DNA of 64,000 nt. It comes from Octopus vulgaris (lineage: Eukaryota). The stretch lies in contig OX597816.1 of NCBI GenBank assembly GCA_951406725.2, forward strand, positions 68,448,001-68,512,000, written 5' to 3'. The translations under genes and the position numbers were made by a program. Positions 27,731 to 39,908 of this stretch are shown piece by piece (within the stretch, counting starts at the first letter, position 1; every line of letters starts with the position of its first letter). The notes under the pieces are model-generated. The model was not told where the DNA came from and ran no database searches. It was given only the letters and a program-made list of their open reading frames with translations.

Positions 27731-27797
<67 letters not shown>

Positions 27798-28350
27798 TAT
27801 CCTAAAACTTGATCTCGAAACGTACGTCCGTAGGTAACTTAAAATTGCATGATAGATTGCCGTCATTTCATTCTTTCTTTCTTACCTGTCTGTGTTTGCC
27901 TTTCAAGTGCTGTGTTTTTACTGAGATCCCCCTTTTAGTAGAAGGAATAGCTATATCTCTTTGACTGCTATTTCTAAATTCGGTGTGTTGGTGAGGCAAT
28001 TCGTTGCTAAACTCTTAATTACTTAGTATTACTTATATATATATATATATATATATATACAAAATGCAATAAAGATTCAAGTTAATTTAAATGAATTTAC
28101 TTGAATATGGTACCTAACTTAGATGCACCAAAAAAAAACTATACTGATTTAACAATACAGTAATGTGGGGTGATTATAAGCGAGAATGAAGCAACAAGAA
28201 CCTATCCATTCTTGTTGCTTCATTCTCGCTTATATATATATATATTATTCAAAGAAATTCCATCTCTGGGACGTAAACACACCAACGTCGGTTGTCAAGC
28301 GATGTTGGAGGGACAAACGCAGACACACAAACACACACACACATACACAC

Positions 28351-28402
<52 letters not shown>

Positions 28403-29148
28403 GGGTTTGTATGATTGTCTATAGAGCGATATACATTATTCAAAGAACTTTCAACTCTGTTTTTTATGTTTTATTTATATTCTTTATAATATTAATGTAG
28501 AATATAGTATATATATAGTATAAATAATATATATATAGTAAAATGAAATGAAGTATTGATTGTCTTATTGAATAGATGAAATATTGAATATAAAATATTA
28601 AGGGACTAGTATACCTTCTTGCATTATAGCAGTCTTCAAGGTCCCAGGTTGTGACAAGAGTGTTTCAACTGTGTCTAGTCAACTGTATACTAGTCCCTTA
28701 ATATTTTATATTCAATATTTCATTTATTCAATAAGACAATCAATACTTCATTTCATTTTACTATATATATATATATTATTTATACTATATATTCTATATT
28801 CTACATTAATATTATAAAGAATATAATTAAAACATAAAAAACAAAGTTGAAATTTCTTTGAATAATATATATCCCTCTATACACAATCATACAAACCCCT
28901 ATATGTGTGTATGTGCGTGTGCGTGCGTGTGTGTGTGTGTTTGTGTGTCTGTGTTTGTCTCTCCAACATCGCTTGACAACCGACGGTGGTGTGTTTACGG
29001 CCCCGTTACTTAGCGGTTCGGCAAAAGAGACCGATTGAATAAATACTAGGCTTACAAAGAATAAGTCCTGGGGTCGATTTACTCGACTAAAGGCGGTGTT
29101 CCAGCATGGCCACAGTGAAATGACTGAAACAAGTAAACAAGTAAAAGA
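27571..29148 (+). mobile_element. SINE family B split at its internal microsatellite by ~1.2 kb of inserted and fold-back sequence
   Basis: 5' half at 27571-27730 and 3' half at ~28937-29148. The intervening DNA includes TA tracts and a long inverted repeat. Confidence 0.75.
28268..29003. repeat. Long inverted repeat (arms 28268-28614 and 28685-29003, 70-nt spacer)
   Basis: The arms are reverse complements with scattered substitutions, and their outer parts are SINE B 3'-half sequence. Confidence 0.9.
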
Positions 29149-29289
29149 GAAAGTAATGAGTAAATAGTAGTCGAATTCTTCCTAACTCAGTTGCGATTAA
29201 TCCAACGTCTGGCCAGATCGGAGAGTCCTTTGATTAATTTTCAGACGTAGTTCGTCCAAGACGACACACACTAATAAGCCTGTGGTGTA

Positions 29290-29500
29290 GCGAGCTGATA
29301 GAGTCATTAGCACGCTAAACAAAGTACTTAGCGGCATTTCGTCCGTCAGTTTACGTTCTGAGTTCAAATTCTACCAAGGTCGACTTCGCCTTTCATTCTA
29401 TTGGGGTCGGTGAAAAAATTATCAGTCAAGAACTGGGATACACGTGATCGACTAGTTCCCTCCTGCCTTCAAATTTTAGGTCTTGTGTTCCTAGTAGTAA
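29290..29500 (+). mobile_element. SINE family A, diverged
   Basis: GAGTTCAAATTCTACCAAGGTCGACTTCGCCTTTCATTC core. Confidence 0.75.
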
Positions 29501-30158
29501 CGATTATCTATGTTCGTCTATTCTTAGTATCAAAGAGCAAGACTTATGAGAGACTTAGCTGTTTTATCTAGTATTTTGAGGGGCTGTAGAGAATCCTTAT
29601 ATTTTCTATCTCTCCCCTTTTCTCTTTCTCTCTCTCTCTTTCTCTCTCTTGGTTGCTTCGTAAATTGCGTGATTTTCTCCTCGTTAAGTGGTAATGTTTA
29701 AAACCTTAATTTGATTTTGGATTACAAGCAGGCTGGTCTACTAGCTACACCGCCAATGCTTAAAGTGTAACCTTTCAAATATTAAAGAGATTAAGAGATA
29801 ATCTAAGATACATTACAACGTCAAGTTAATGGTTTGGAATTAAGAAATGCCTCAGTGATTGAACATTTAGATTTAACATCTTAATATTTGCACTTAAGAG
29901 TCGATCCTCTCCGTAAACAGAATTTGACATGATAAGCAGATTAAATGGATTGACATATTATGCTTAGAATACATTTTGTAATCGAGACAGACATATGGTT
30001 TTAACAAATGCTATAATTTCGTTTTAGATACTTTAAAGATTGGTTGTTAGTTTCTGTCACCAATTTGTTTTGAAATTAAATATTTATAAATAGCGTTTTA
30101 AAGTAAAACGATTCCTGTACAAAATGCATTCAAATGAATTACATCACACACACACACA

Positions 30159-30201
<43 letters not shown>

Positions 30202-30610
30202 TACACACATGCACAAAACGTCGCCAAAACTAAACTAGTTCCCTTCTCTTGCTTTCGTTCTTTGTTTACACACACTCACATAGATGTTTCTATACACGTA
30301 CATATTCACACATTCACACTCACAGTCAAACGCACACTCGCACTCACACACAAACACACAAATATAAACACACACACACACACACACACAGGTATTTACC
30401 GATCAACTTGATTCTACTTGCGCTTTAGAGTCACGCCATCAGTGAATGTTCCGTTGTTACTCTTAAACATACAATAAAATAACTTTATTTTAGCATTCAT
30501 ATGCATTATATACATAGTTATGTAATAGAAGTAAATGTAAGGATATGCACATTAGACAGATCACTACATGAAGTGTATTAAATACATGAAATACAAAAAA
30601 TGCGTATAAA

Positions 30611-31050
<440 letters not shown>

Positions 31051-31506
31051 TATCATTTCTCCACGTGCGGTTAACACAACCCCACCATTTAATTTTCCTT
31101 GGGGCTGGCCAGATTGGTGCAATCTCAAGAATAATCAGCCGAAATTGCGACGATTATCTGGTGCTTGACTGAGGATGGAGGGCTTCGAATGACCCGTCCT
31201 TGTGTTTTTTTGTATCGTCTATCTGGATGCTTTGTTGTCCCTTTTTGCATCACCTAATTGTCCAGATGTTTTGCGTTCTTGTCCCGTTTTGTATGTTATC
31301 TTGCAATTTTAATGAGCAGTTAATAGATTGGATTTGGAGAATGCGCGCATGTATGTATGCATGCTTGCATGTATGTATGTGTGTATATATGTATGTATGT
31401 ATGTATGTTTGTATGTATGTGTACAAGTATGTATGTAATTTCTTATGTATGTAAATTTATTTATGCATATATATTTATCAAGTAGGTAAGTAGATAATTT
31501 ATTATG

Positions 31507-31536
<30 letters not shown>

Positions 31537-31540
<4 letters not shown>

Positions 31541-31862
31541 CCCCCTTCGGTTATGAATGACCATGGGATTGCACCTAGAAAATTACCCTCCTAGACACAA
31601 GTCCGGGCAAGGTTGTTTATGGAAGGCCAGCAGTCGCCCATGCATACCAGCCTCCCCTCTCCACGCCACCAGTGTTATCCAAGGGAAAGACAAAGGTCGA
31701 TACAGCTTGGCACCAGTGACGTCGCAACTCATTTCTACAGCCGAGTGAACTGGAGCAACGTGAAATAAAGTGCCTTGCTCGAGAACACAACACGCAGCCC
31801 GGTCCGGGATTCGAGCTCACAACCTCACGATCGTAAGCTCGACGCTCTAACCACTGAGCCAT
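31537..31862 (-). mobile_element. tRNA-derived SINE family D with tail type 4
   Basis: Reverse complement has A box TGGCTCAGTGG, a B-box-like GAGCTCGAATCCC, then GTGTTCTCGAGCAAGGCACTTTA. Colinear with 36264-36576. Confidence 0.9.
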
Positions 31863-32540
31863 ACAAATATGTGTATATATATGTACGCATGCATATATCT
31901 ATGTACGTATACATGATAGATATGTACATTAAAAACAGCCACTATACCGAACCGTATTATTCATATATTAAGAATACTTCATATATTCATAATAACACAA
32001 AGTGATGGGTTTAGAGCAATAATATTCCTAAATTCATTAGGCTGACTTTTCAATATATTCAGTTTATTGTTAAATTGAGTACATATACTGTCGTGTGGAT
32101 CGCGCGATCCAAATATTTCAGGAATAATTTGATAAACAATGAAACATTCAACGTTGTTTTCGAAATTATGTGCCAGGGCATTCTGGTAGTTTCATGATAC
32201 CATGACATAATATTACATGTAAAATATGTATGGTGTCTCTCTCATTTAGGTTCCTAAGCCGCTATTTGTAGAATACTATGATATATTCCTGAGTATTACA
32301 AAGCAATTTTGCCTTTAAAATGAATACATAGTTGTGGAGTCGTATGCAGAGTAACAGAGACTGACGAGGTGAAATGTAACCGAAACCAATTAATTTTCCG
32401 CTACATAATGTGTAAATATTCCATATTTTCTTTGAGTGTTGTATTAAAATCCAATTTTCCCCGAGTTTGTTATTGTTTATTTCATAAAGTAAAGATACAT
32501 ATACATATGCATAAACACATGCGCGCATGCACACACACAG

Positions 32541-32575
<35 letters not shown>

Positions 32576-32650
32576 AATAATACGTACACATACACATAAA
32601 CATACACACGGACACACACACACACACAAACACACACACGTGCACACACA

Positions 32651-32699
<49 letters not shown>

Positions 32700-32763
32700 A
32701 CTTTCGAACTCACGAACTCAAACTAGCTGCCATTTCTGAATCTTCATCAAATTCGTAGGGCTA

Positions 32764-32765
<2 letters not shown>

Positions 32766-32794
<29 letters not shown>

Positions 32795-32876
32795 TGTATG
32801 TATGTATGTATGTATGTATGTATGTATGTATGCATGCATGTATGTATGTATGTATGTATGTATGTATGTATGTATG

Positions 32877-32927
<51 letters not shown>

Positions 32928-32955
32928 TTATCTATCTATTTATCTATCTATCTAT
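32766..32955. repeat. (ATGT)n + (ATCT)n microsatellite
   Basis: Seen directly in the sequence. Confidence 0.95.
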
Positions 32956-33365
32956 GTCATGCATTATCCATACGCACATTGTGATAAATGCTAGTGACAT
33001 AGATACGTGATGAAATAGTTAGATATACATATAAGAGAGTGAGATAAAGAAGTAGAAAGTGAGTGAGTATGTCTTAGGGAGATAGTATATGTGTTCGAGA
33101 GAAATAGTTAGAGAGATAGATAAACAGAACGAAGGAAAGAGGGAGATGAGATGGAGAAAGAAAGACAGGAAGTGTGATGCTGCACGGACCATTTAGTACA
33201 CCCACTTATCTTCTGAAGTTTTAATGATGAATTAATCTTCAAATAGCTTAGCCCGGAGAAGCATGCCATGTTATATTTCTCTGACAAATAGGTAACATAG
33301 CATAATTGCACCACACACACACATGTACATATACATTTCTAAAGCATTTTTACATCTTATATATC

Positions 33366-33448
<83 letters not shown>

Positions 33449-35029
33449 TTACATACACACACACACATATATATATTCATACATATATATATATATATAT
33501 GTTCTTTTTGAAGAATAAAAAGTATTTAGTATGACATTTATTATCTTCATATTTTAAGTGAAAGATGTAGATTGAAAGCATAATTTCAGCTTCTCTTCTA
33601 CTTAACTTAGTCGATGTAAAATCTTGCAAGAATCTTGAGAATTATGACTGAATTACAAAATGCCGTTCAAATAAATTGATTGTGAGAGATACCAAAATCC
33701 CATCACATCTCGAATTGTTTAAGTTAACATAATTATTTTGCTGCATTATATAGCTGTTCGTGTTTTAAAGGGGCTAAGTTTCTAGATTGAGACGAATAAC
33801 CAGGTTTAAGTATATATAATGTAACGTTACACATGCAGACAGTTATCCGCTTTTATTCACTCCTGCCACTGGCTTAACTGTTGTACATTATCACGTATTT
33901 GCATTTGAGCGATTAACGAGCAGCCTTCTAGTAGAAATTTACTGTCTGATAGAATGGAAATTGTATCAATTCAGTGGTTGTAAACTTCGGTGATAAATTC
34001 CCTGATAAATGAGCTAATGTGAAATCATGTCTGAACTCTTGTACGAAACGAAGACAGAATAAAAGATGAGTTTCTGGTGAGAGAGGACAATGCTTCAATC
34101 ACACAATGCCTGACCAGACGTATTACGTTCGTAATAGCTGAATTATAGCTGTTCATTTTGGGTTAAATCGTTGTTTTAGACATGAGAAGAGATATTCACT
34201 CTATTTTACACGAGAGAGAATTAATATTTCTAAGTTGAACACAATTTCTTGCCATTGTATACAATTTACTGTAACGGTATGTAAGTTGTTATGGCATGCA
34301 AGTATAAGGCGAAGATGAAGCCATGTTGTTAAACAGTGTGAACGAACCTGTCAACATTGCTTAATTATTTGCGGAACAAACTATTTAACAGTTGGTGGTT
34401 GGTTCGTTCTCAATACGCAGTACTTTGGTAAAGTGTCTTGTATCATAAACTTTGAGCTGACTCAGTCTTTTAAGTAAAGATGAATGCGAATAAACTGTGA
34501 GAATGGGCACCAAATTGTCTGTAAACCCTTTTTAGTGGCTGATTAAATGTGCCATTTGGTTTAACAAAGGGATGATTTTAACAGAGTAGTCTCGGTTTCC
34601 AGCATTCAAATTACGTTTCGGGCCTGAGATTAGTCAATGACTTCCATCCGTTGTTCCCATAGATTCAAAGGCTTTGTAGAAAGGCATGTCGAGATCTCTG
34701 TGACAATATACAGCGTTTCAAATAATTCGATGATTAATAATGACATTTAACAACTTACATGAATCAACTTGTTGTAAATTGTAGTATAGACAGGAAGCTA
34801 TGCATATTGCAGACATGGTTTAGATTATTTATTCGTTAACAGCGATTCATGGTTATGTATTACATTTGGTAGAAAAATGACGATCGATATCGATCGACAC
34901 ATGGCAAAGTTGTCAGTCGACTGCTCTACCAGTTTTGTCCTTAGCAACACTTTAATGATTTCTATAATGAATTCTTCCATTTGCTTCTGAAGCCAATGGC
35001 TGTGTTAGAAATGCTTAATATTGGTTTAA

Positions 35030-35400
35030 AATTTTAGCACAAGGCCTGAAATTTGGAGGGCGAGGTCAAGTCGATTATATCGACCCAATTACTCAACTAG
35101 TACTTGCTTTATCAACCCCGAAGAGATGAAAGGCAACTTCGACACGGGTGGTATTTGAAATCAGAACGTAAAATCGAGAAAATGCCTCTAATCGTTTTTT
35201 CCGACGCGGTAACGTTTCTGCCAGCTCGCCGCCTGGGTAATACTTAATATTAACATTTGTTTGAAATTTTGGCACAAGAGCGGTAACATCATAGGAGTGG
35301 GTAAGTCGATTACATCGGCCCCAGTCCTCAATTAGTACTTATTTTATCGACCCCGAAAGGACTAAAGACAAGCTCAACCACGGCGGAATTTGAACTGAAA
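35030..35400 (-). mobile_element. Two diverged SINE family A-related copies
   Basis: TTCTGCCAGCTCGCCGCC at ~35216-35233 and CGACCCCGAAAGGA...GGCGGAATTTGAACT at 35348-35396. Confidence 0.75.
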
Positions 35401-36127
35401 CACTTAATATGATGATAGTTTAATGTAAATTGTAGCATCAATTTTTGTCACTAATAGTCTTTAATGAGTTCTATAATGATTTATATTTGAAGCAAGCTCA
35501 TGGTATATTTCACTAGCACTAATAATAAATTTAATATTAATAGAAGAGTTACATCATGCATTAAATTGCATATTAGGAGTAACACGAAGCCATGTTATAT
35601 ATACAGAAGATAATTTACAATATCTATACAGATGATTCAATTCGACAACTGAAACTGGTTATGTCACACAAAATTTGTGTACATTATACTGAAATTAGAT
35701 ATACAAATGGTCATTTACTTTTTAACATATTTCAGTTTCTATGGTTATTTTGGCTTCAACAGAGATGTTTCCGTTAAATACATGCAAATTGTTGTACTCT
35801 ACAGATTAAGGTGTCATGCTTTCATTCCATGTTATTCTAAAGAGTAAACACCAAAAGCTTAAAGAAAGCTTAATAAGTCTAACACGTACAATAGTTTTTA
35901 AATTTCAAATTAAAACTGGGCATGTCGAATTCCTTAAAGCATATGCACATGTGAGTGTCTGTGTGTGTAGAGGATTTGATGCATGGTTAAGACGTTATTT
36001 TTGTATCAATGTGGCTCCTATTTCTTTCCCCTTTTGCATCAAATTGGTCTATTGTTTTTTTTTGTGCGAGTAATATTTTGCGTGTAGAGTTTGGTAGGTG
36101 AAACTGTGTAGACGACATTCATATGTA

Positions 36128-36179
<52 letters not shown>

Positions 36180-36263
36180 GTTCCATGCATGCGAATAATG
36201 AGTTGTGTGTGAGTGTATCTGATTGTCCGTGTGAGTGTATGAGTAAATCTGCATGTACGTGTA

Positions 36264-36576
36264 TGTGAAGGCGCATGGCTCAGTGATTAGAGCGTCGAGC
36301 TTACGATCGTGAGGTTGTGAGTTCGAATCCCGGGCCGGGCTGTGTGATTTGTTCTTGAGCAAGACACTTTATTTCACGTTCTTCCAGTTCACTCAGCTGT
36401 AGAAATAAGTTGCGACGTCACAGGTGCCAAGCTGTATCGGCCCCTTTGCCTTTCCTTTGGATAGCATCGGTGGCGTGGAGAGGGGAGGCCGGTATGCATG
36501 AGCGACTGCTGGTCTTCCCTCGAAGGGTAACTTTCTAGGTTCAATCCCATAGTCAGTCATGACCGAAGGGTGTCTC
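36264..36576 (+). mobile_element. SINE family D with tail type 4
   Basis: GAAGGCGCATGGCTCAGT...GAGTTCGAATCCC...TTCTTGAGCAAGACACTTTATTTCACG. Confidence 0.9.
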
Positions 36577-36648
36577 AGCTCAGCATGTGTTTTTCTATCC
36601 ATCAGCTCATCTATCTGTCTAGCTGTCTACCAACATGTATGTGTATAC

Positions 36649-36771
<123 letters not shown>

Positions 36772-37037
36772 GCTGGCTAGCTAGCTCTCTATCTGTTTGT
36801 GTTTGTGTGTCTTTTGTCTGTCTGTCTGTTTTTCTTTCTGTTTGTACGTATGCATGTATGTAAATCAAACAAAAGAAATCAAAACAATCCAGGAATGCCT
36901 TATCATCATAAAAATATGTACAGATAAAACCACTCGCAACCACGATACTCAGAACCAGGATAGGCTGGAATCCCAAATTCATAATATGTGCGTCATGTAA
37001 TGAATACACAAATTATGAAAATTATATTTGGACCCAG

Positions 37038-37142
37038 AACCACATGGTTCCGGGTTCAGTCCCACTGCGTGGCACCTTGGGCAAGTGTCTTCTACTATAA
37101 CCTCGGCCCGACCAAAGCCTTATGAGTGGATTTGGTAGACGG

Positions 37143-37194
<52 letters not shown>

Positions 37195-37416
37195 TGTGTG
37201 TGCGTGTGTTCGTGTTTGTCCTCCCAGCATTGCTTGACAACCGATGGTAGTGTGTTTACATCCCCGTAATTTAGCGGTTCGGCAAAAGAGTTCGATAGAA
37301 TAAGTACTAGGCTTACAAAGAATAAGTCCTGTAGTCGATTTGCTCCACTAAAGGCGGTGCTCCAGCATGGCCGCAGTCAAATGACTGAAACAAGTAAGAG
37401 AGTAAAAGAGTAAAAG
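37038..37416 (+). mobile_element. SINE family B, slightly 5'-truncated, flanked by a ~95-bp direct duplication
   Basis: B body. Flanks 36922-37016 and 37417-37510 are direct repeats. Confidence 0.88.
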
Positions 37417-37680
37417 AGATAAAACCACTCGCAACCAGGATACTCAAAACCAGAGAGGCAGGAATCCTAAAGTTATAATATGTGCGTCATGTAATGAATA
37501 CATAAATTATATTAAAACATATCATAAACATATTACTAAGATAGCAATACATATTACTAAGGTGCAGATTGTAGGCGAGTTCGATTCCGAACAATGACGC
37601 TAAGGGATAATTTCAACCCAGTGTACGATAAATGTTCTATATTGGTGTCTAGATGATTCATATATATATATATATATATA

Positions 37681-38037
37681 CTAGCAGTATCGCCCGGCGT
37701 TGCCCGGGTTTGTAAGGGAAATAACTATAAAGCATTTTTAGAGAGTTATAGCCAAAAAATGGAAAAAAAATGATGGTAAATTTTTTTTTAGTTAAAAAGG
37801 TCGAGTTGCGTCCCCTAGACAGTCTGTGGTTTGTGTTTCTGATTCTCGACCCCATGTCGAATTTATCGATTTTTTTCAGAACTGGGGGAACTTTTCAAAA
37901 TTTTCGCTGCGTTAGTTTTGAATTATGACGTTGGGCTATGTATGTGTCAAGTTTCATCAGAATCGGTTGAAAGCCGTGGTCCAACCTAACAGGGTACAAC
38001 CTAACAGACACACAGAAACACACACAGACAAACTGCC

Positions 38038-38045
<8 letters not shown>
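37681..38045 (-). mobile_element. Non-autonomous Helitron-like element (3' end clear)
   Basis: The minus strand ends CCCGGGCAACGCCGGG hairpin + CGATACTG + CTAG followed by T. The other end runs into (TA)n. Confidence 0.65.
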
Positions 38046-38072
<27 letters not shown>

Positions 38073-38295
38073 TCAATATAGGGTGGCAAAAAAAAATTTT
38101 GTAGAATTTTTTTGCCACCAGCGGCCTAGTGGGAAAAAATTAAATAGTCATAGACCATTTTTAAGTTCAACATCAACAATCAAGGAAAGGCCATAATAGG
38201 CCATTCACCCACTAGAAATAACAGCCAAAGCTTCAACCGCAAATAAAAATCAATTCCGTAAACCAGGAGAAAATTTAAAAAACATTTACCCTGTA

Positions 38296-38402
38296 ATTTC
38301 TTATACGATGCACCGTTTCATCTGCTGATTAATGGTAAACTAACCTGATTAAATTAAATAAAGCCAATCTTCCATAGGCCCTCAGATTCTTCAGTAAGAA
38401 AT
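38296..38402 (-). ncRNA. Type I hammerhead ribozyme (inverted-arm copy)
   Basis: Reverse complement of the array HHR, with one substitution in the stem II extension. Confidence 0.8.
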
Positions 38403-38816
38403 AGCCCAAGTCGGAACAGATATTTTCACGAGGCATTTCCGTTTTTTAAATTTTCTCCTGGTTTACGGAATTGATTTTTATTTGCGGTTGAAGCTTTGGC
38501 TGTTATTTCTAGTGGGTGAATGGCCTATTATGGCCGTTCCTTGATTGTTGATGTTGAACTTAAAAATGGTCTATGACTATTTAATTTTTTCCCACTAGGC
38601 CGCTGGTGGCAAAAAAAAATTCTACAAAATTTTTTTTTGCCACCCTATATTGATTAATTATGAATTTTCTGGTTAATTCCGTAATGGAATCGACGGCTTA
38701 TATTTATTTGCTGCCGATAAATTTGGCGCGAGTGCGACGATTTGAAAATTTTAGGTCAGATATAACCTTGGCAAGGTCGGAAATGCCTCGTGAAAATATC
38801 TGTTCCGACTTGGGCT

Positions 38817-38923
38817 ATTTCTTACTGAAGAATCTGAGGGCCTATGGAAGATTGGCTTGATTTAATTTAATCAGGTTAGTTTACCATTAATCAGCAGATG
38901 AAACGGTGCATCGTATAAGAAAT
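38817..38923 (+). ncRNA. Type I hammerhead ribozyme, unit 1
   Basis: Stem I ATTTCTTA/TAAGAAAT (8 bp); core CTGAAGA 38825-38831; stem II ATCTG/CAGAT closing a 68-nt hairpin; GAAA 38900; stem III ACGG-TGCA-TCGT. Predicted cleavage after GUA at 38915. Confidence 0.88.
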
Positions 38924-39308
38924 TACAGGGTAAATGTTTTTTAAATTTTCTCCTGGTTTACGGAATTGATTTTTATTTGCGGTTGAAGCTTTGGCTGTTA
39001 TTTCTAGTGGGTGAATGGCCTATTATGGCCGTTCCTTGATTGTTGATGTTGAACTTAAAAATGGTCTATGACTATTTAATTTTTTCCCACTAGGCCGCTG
39101 GTGGCAAAAAAATTCTACAAAATTTTTTTTGCCACCCTATATTGATTAATTATGAATTTTCTGGTTAATTCCGTAATGGAATCGACGGCTTATAGTTATT
39201 TGCTGCCGATAAATTTGGCGCGAGTGCGACGATTTGAACATTTTAGGTCAGATATAACCTTGGCAAGGTCGGAAATGCCTCGTGAAAATATCTGTTCCGA
39301 CTTGGGCT

Positions 39309-39415
39309 ATTTCTTACTGAAGAATCTGAGGGCCTATGGAAGATTGGCTTGATTTAATTTAATCAGGTTAGTTTACCATTAATCAGCAGATGAAACGGTG
39401 CATCGTATAAGAAAT
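39309..39415 (+). ncRNA. Type I hammerhead ribozyme, unit 2
   Basis: Same motif, with predicted cleavage after 39407. Confidence 0.88.
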
Positions 39416-39801
39416 TACAAGGTAAATGTTTTTTAAATTTTCTCCTGGTTTACGGAATTGATTTTTATTTGCGGTTGAAGCTTTGGCTGTTATTTCTAGT
39501 GGGTGAATGGCCTATTATGGCCTTTCCTTGATTGTTGATGTTGAACTTAAAAATGGTCTATGACTATTTAATTTTTTCCCACTAGGCCGCTGGTGGCAAA
39601 AAAATTCTACAAAATTTTTTTTTGCCACCCTATATTGATTAATTATGAATTTTCTGGTTAATTCCGTAATGGAATCGACGGCTTATATTTATTTGCTGCC
39701 GATAAATTTGGCGCGAGTGCGACGATTTGAAAATTTTAGGTCAGATATAACCTTGGCAAGGTCGGAAATGCCTCGTGAAAATATCTGTTCCGACTTGGGC
39801 T

Positions 39802-39908
39802 ATTTCTTACTGAAGAATCTGAGGGCCTATGGAAGATTGGCTTGATTTAATTTAATCAGGTTAGTTTACCATTAATCAGCAGATGAAACGGTGCATCGTA
39901 TAAGAAAT
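39802..39908 (+). ncRNA. Type I hammerhead ribozyme, unit 3
   Basis: Same motif, with predicted cleavage after 39900. Confidence 0.88.

Noticed and set aside
28615-28684. Permuted hammerhead in the spacer of the long inverted repeat (minus strand GAAAC...GTC...TTGAAGA)
   Set aside because: Stem I does not pair and the core is imperfect.
34000-34385. Possible Tc1/mariner relic
   Set aside because: Only a faint DNA-like tripeptide motif and a TIR-like end are visible, too decayed to call by eye.
38660-38860. 66-aa ORF repeated in each array unit (also at 39152 and 39645)
   Set aside because: Its recurrence only reflects the DNA repeat. It overlaps the ribozyme, resembles no family I recognise, and both differences in unit 2 are non-synonymous. 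Ribosome profiling would be needed to rescue it.
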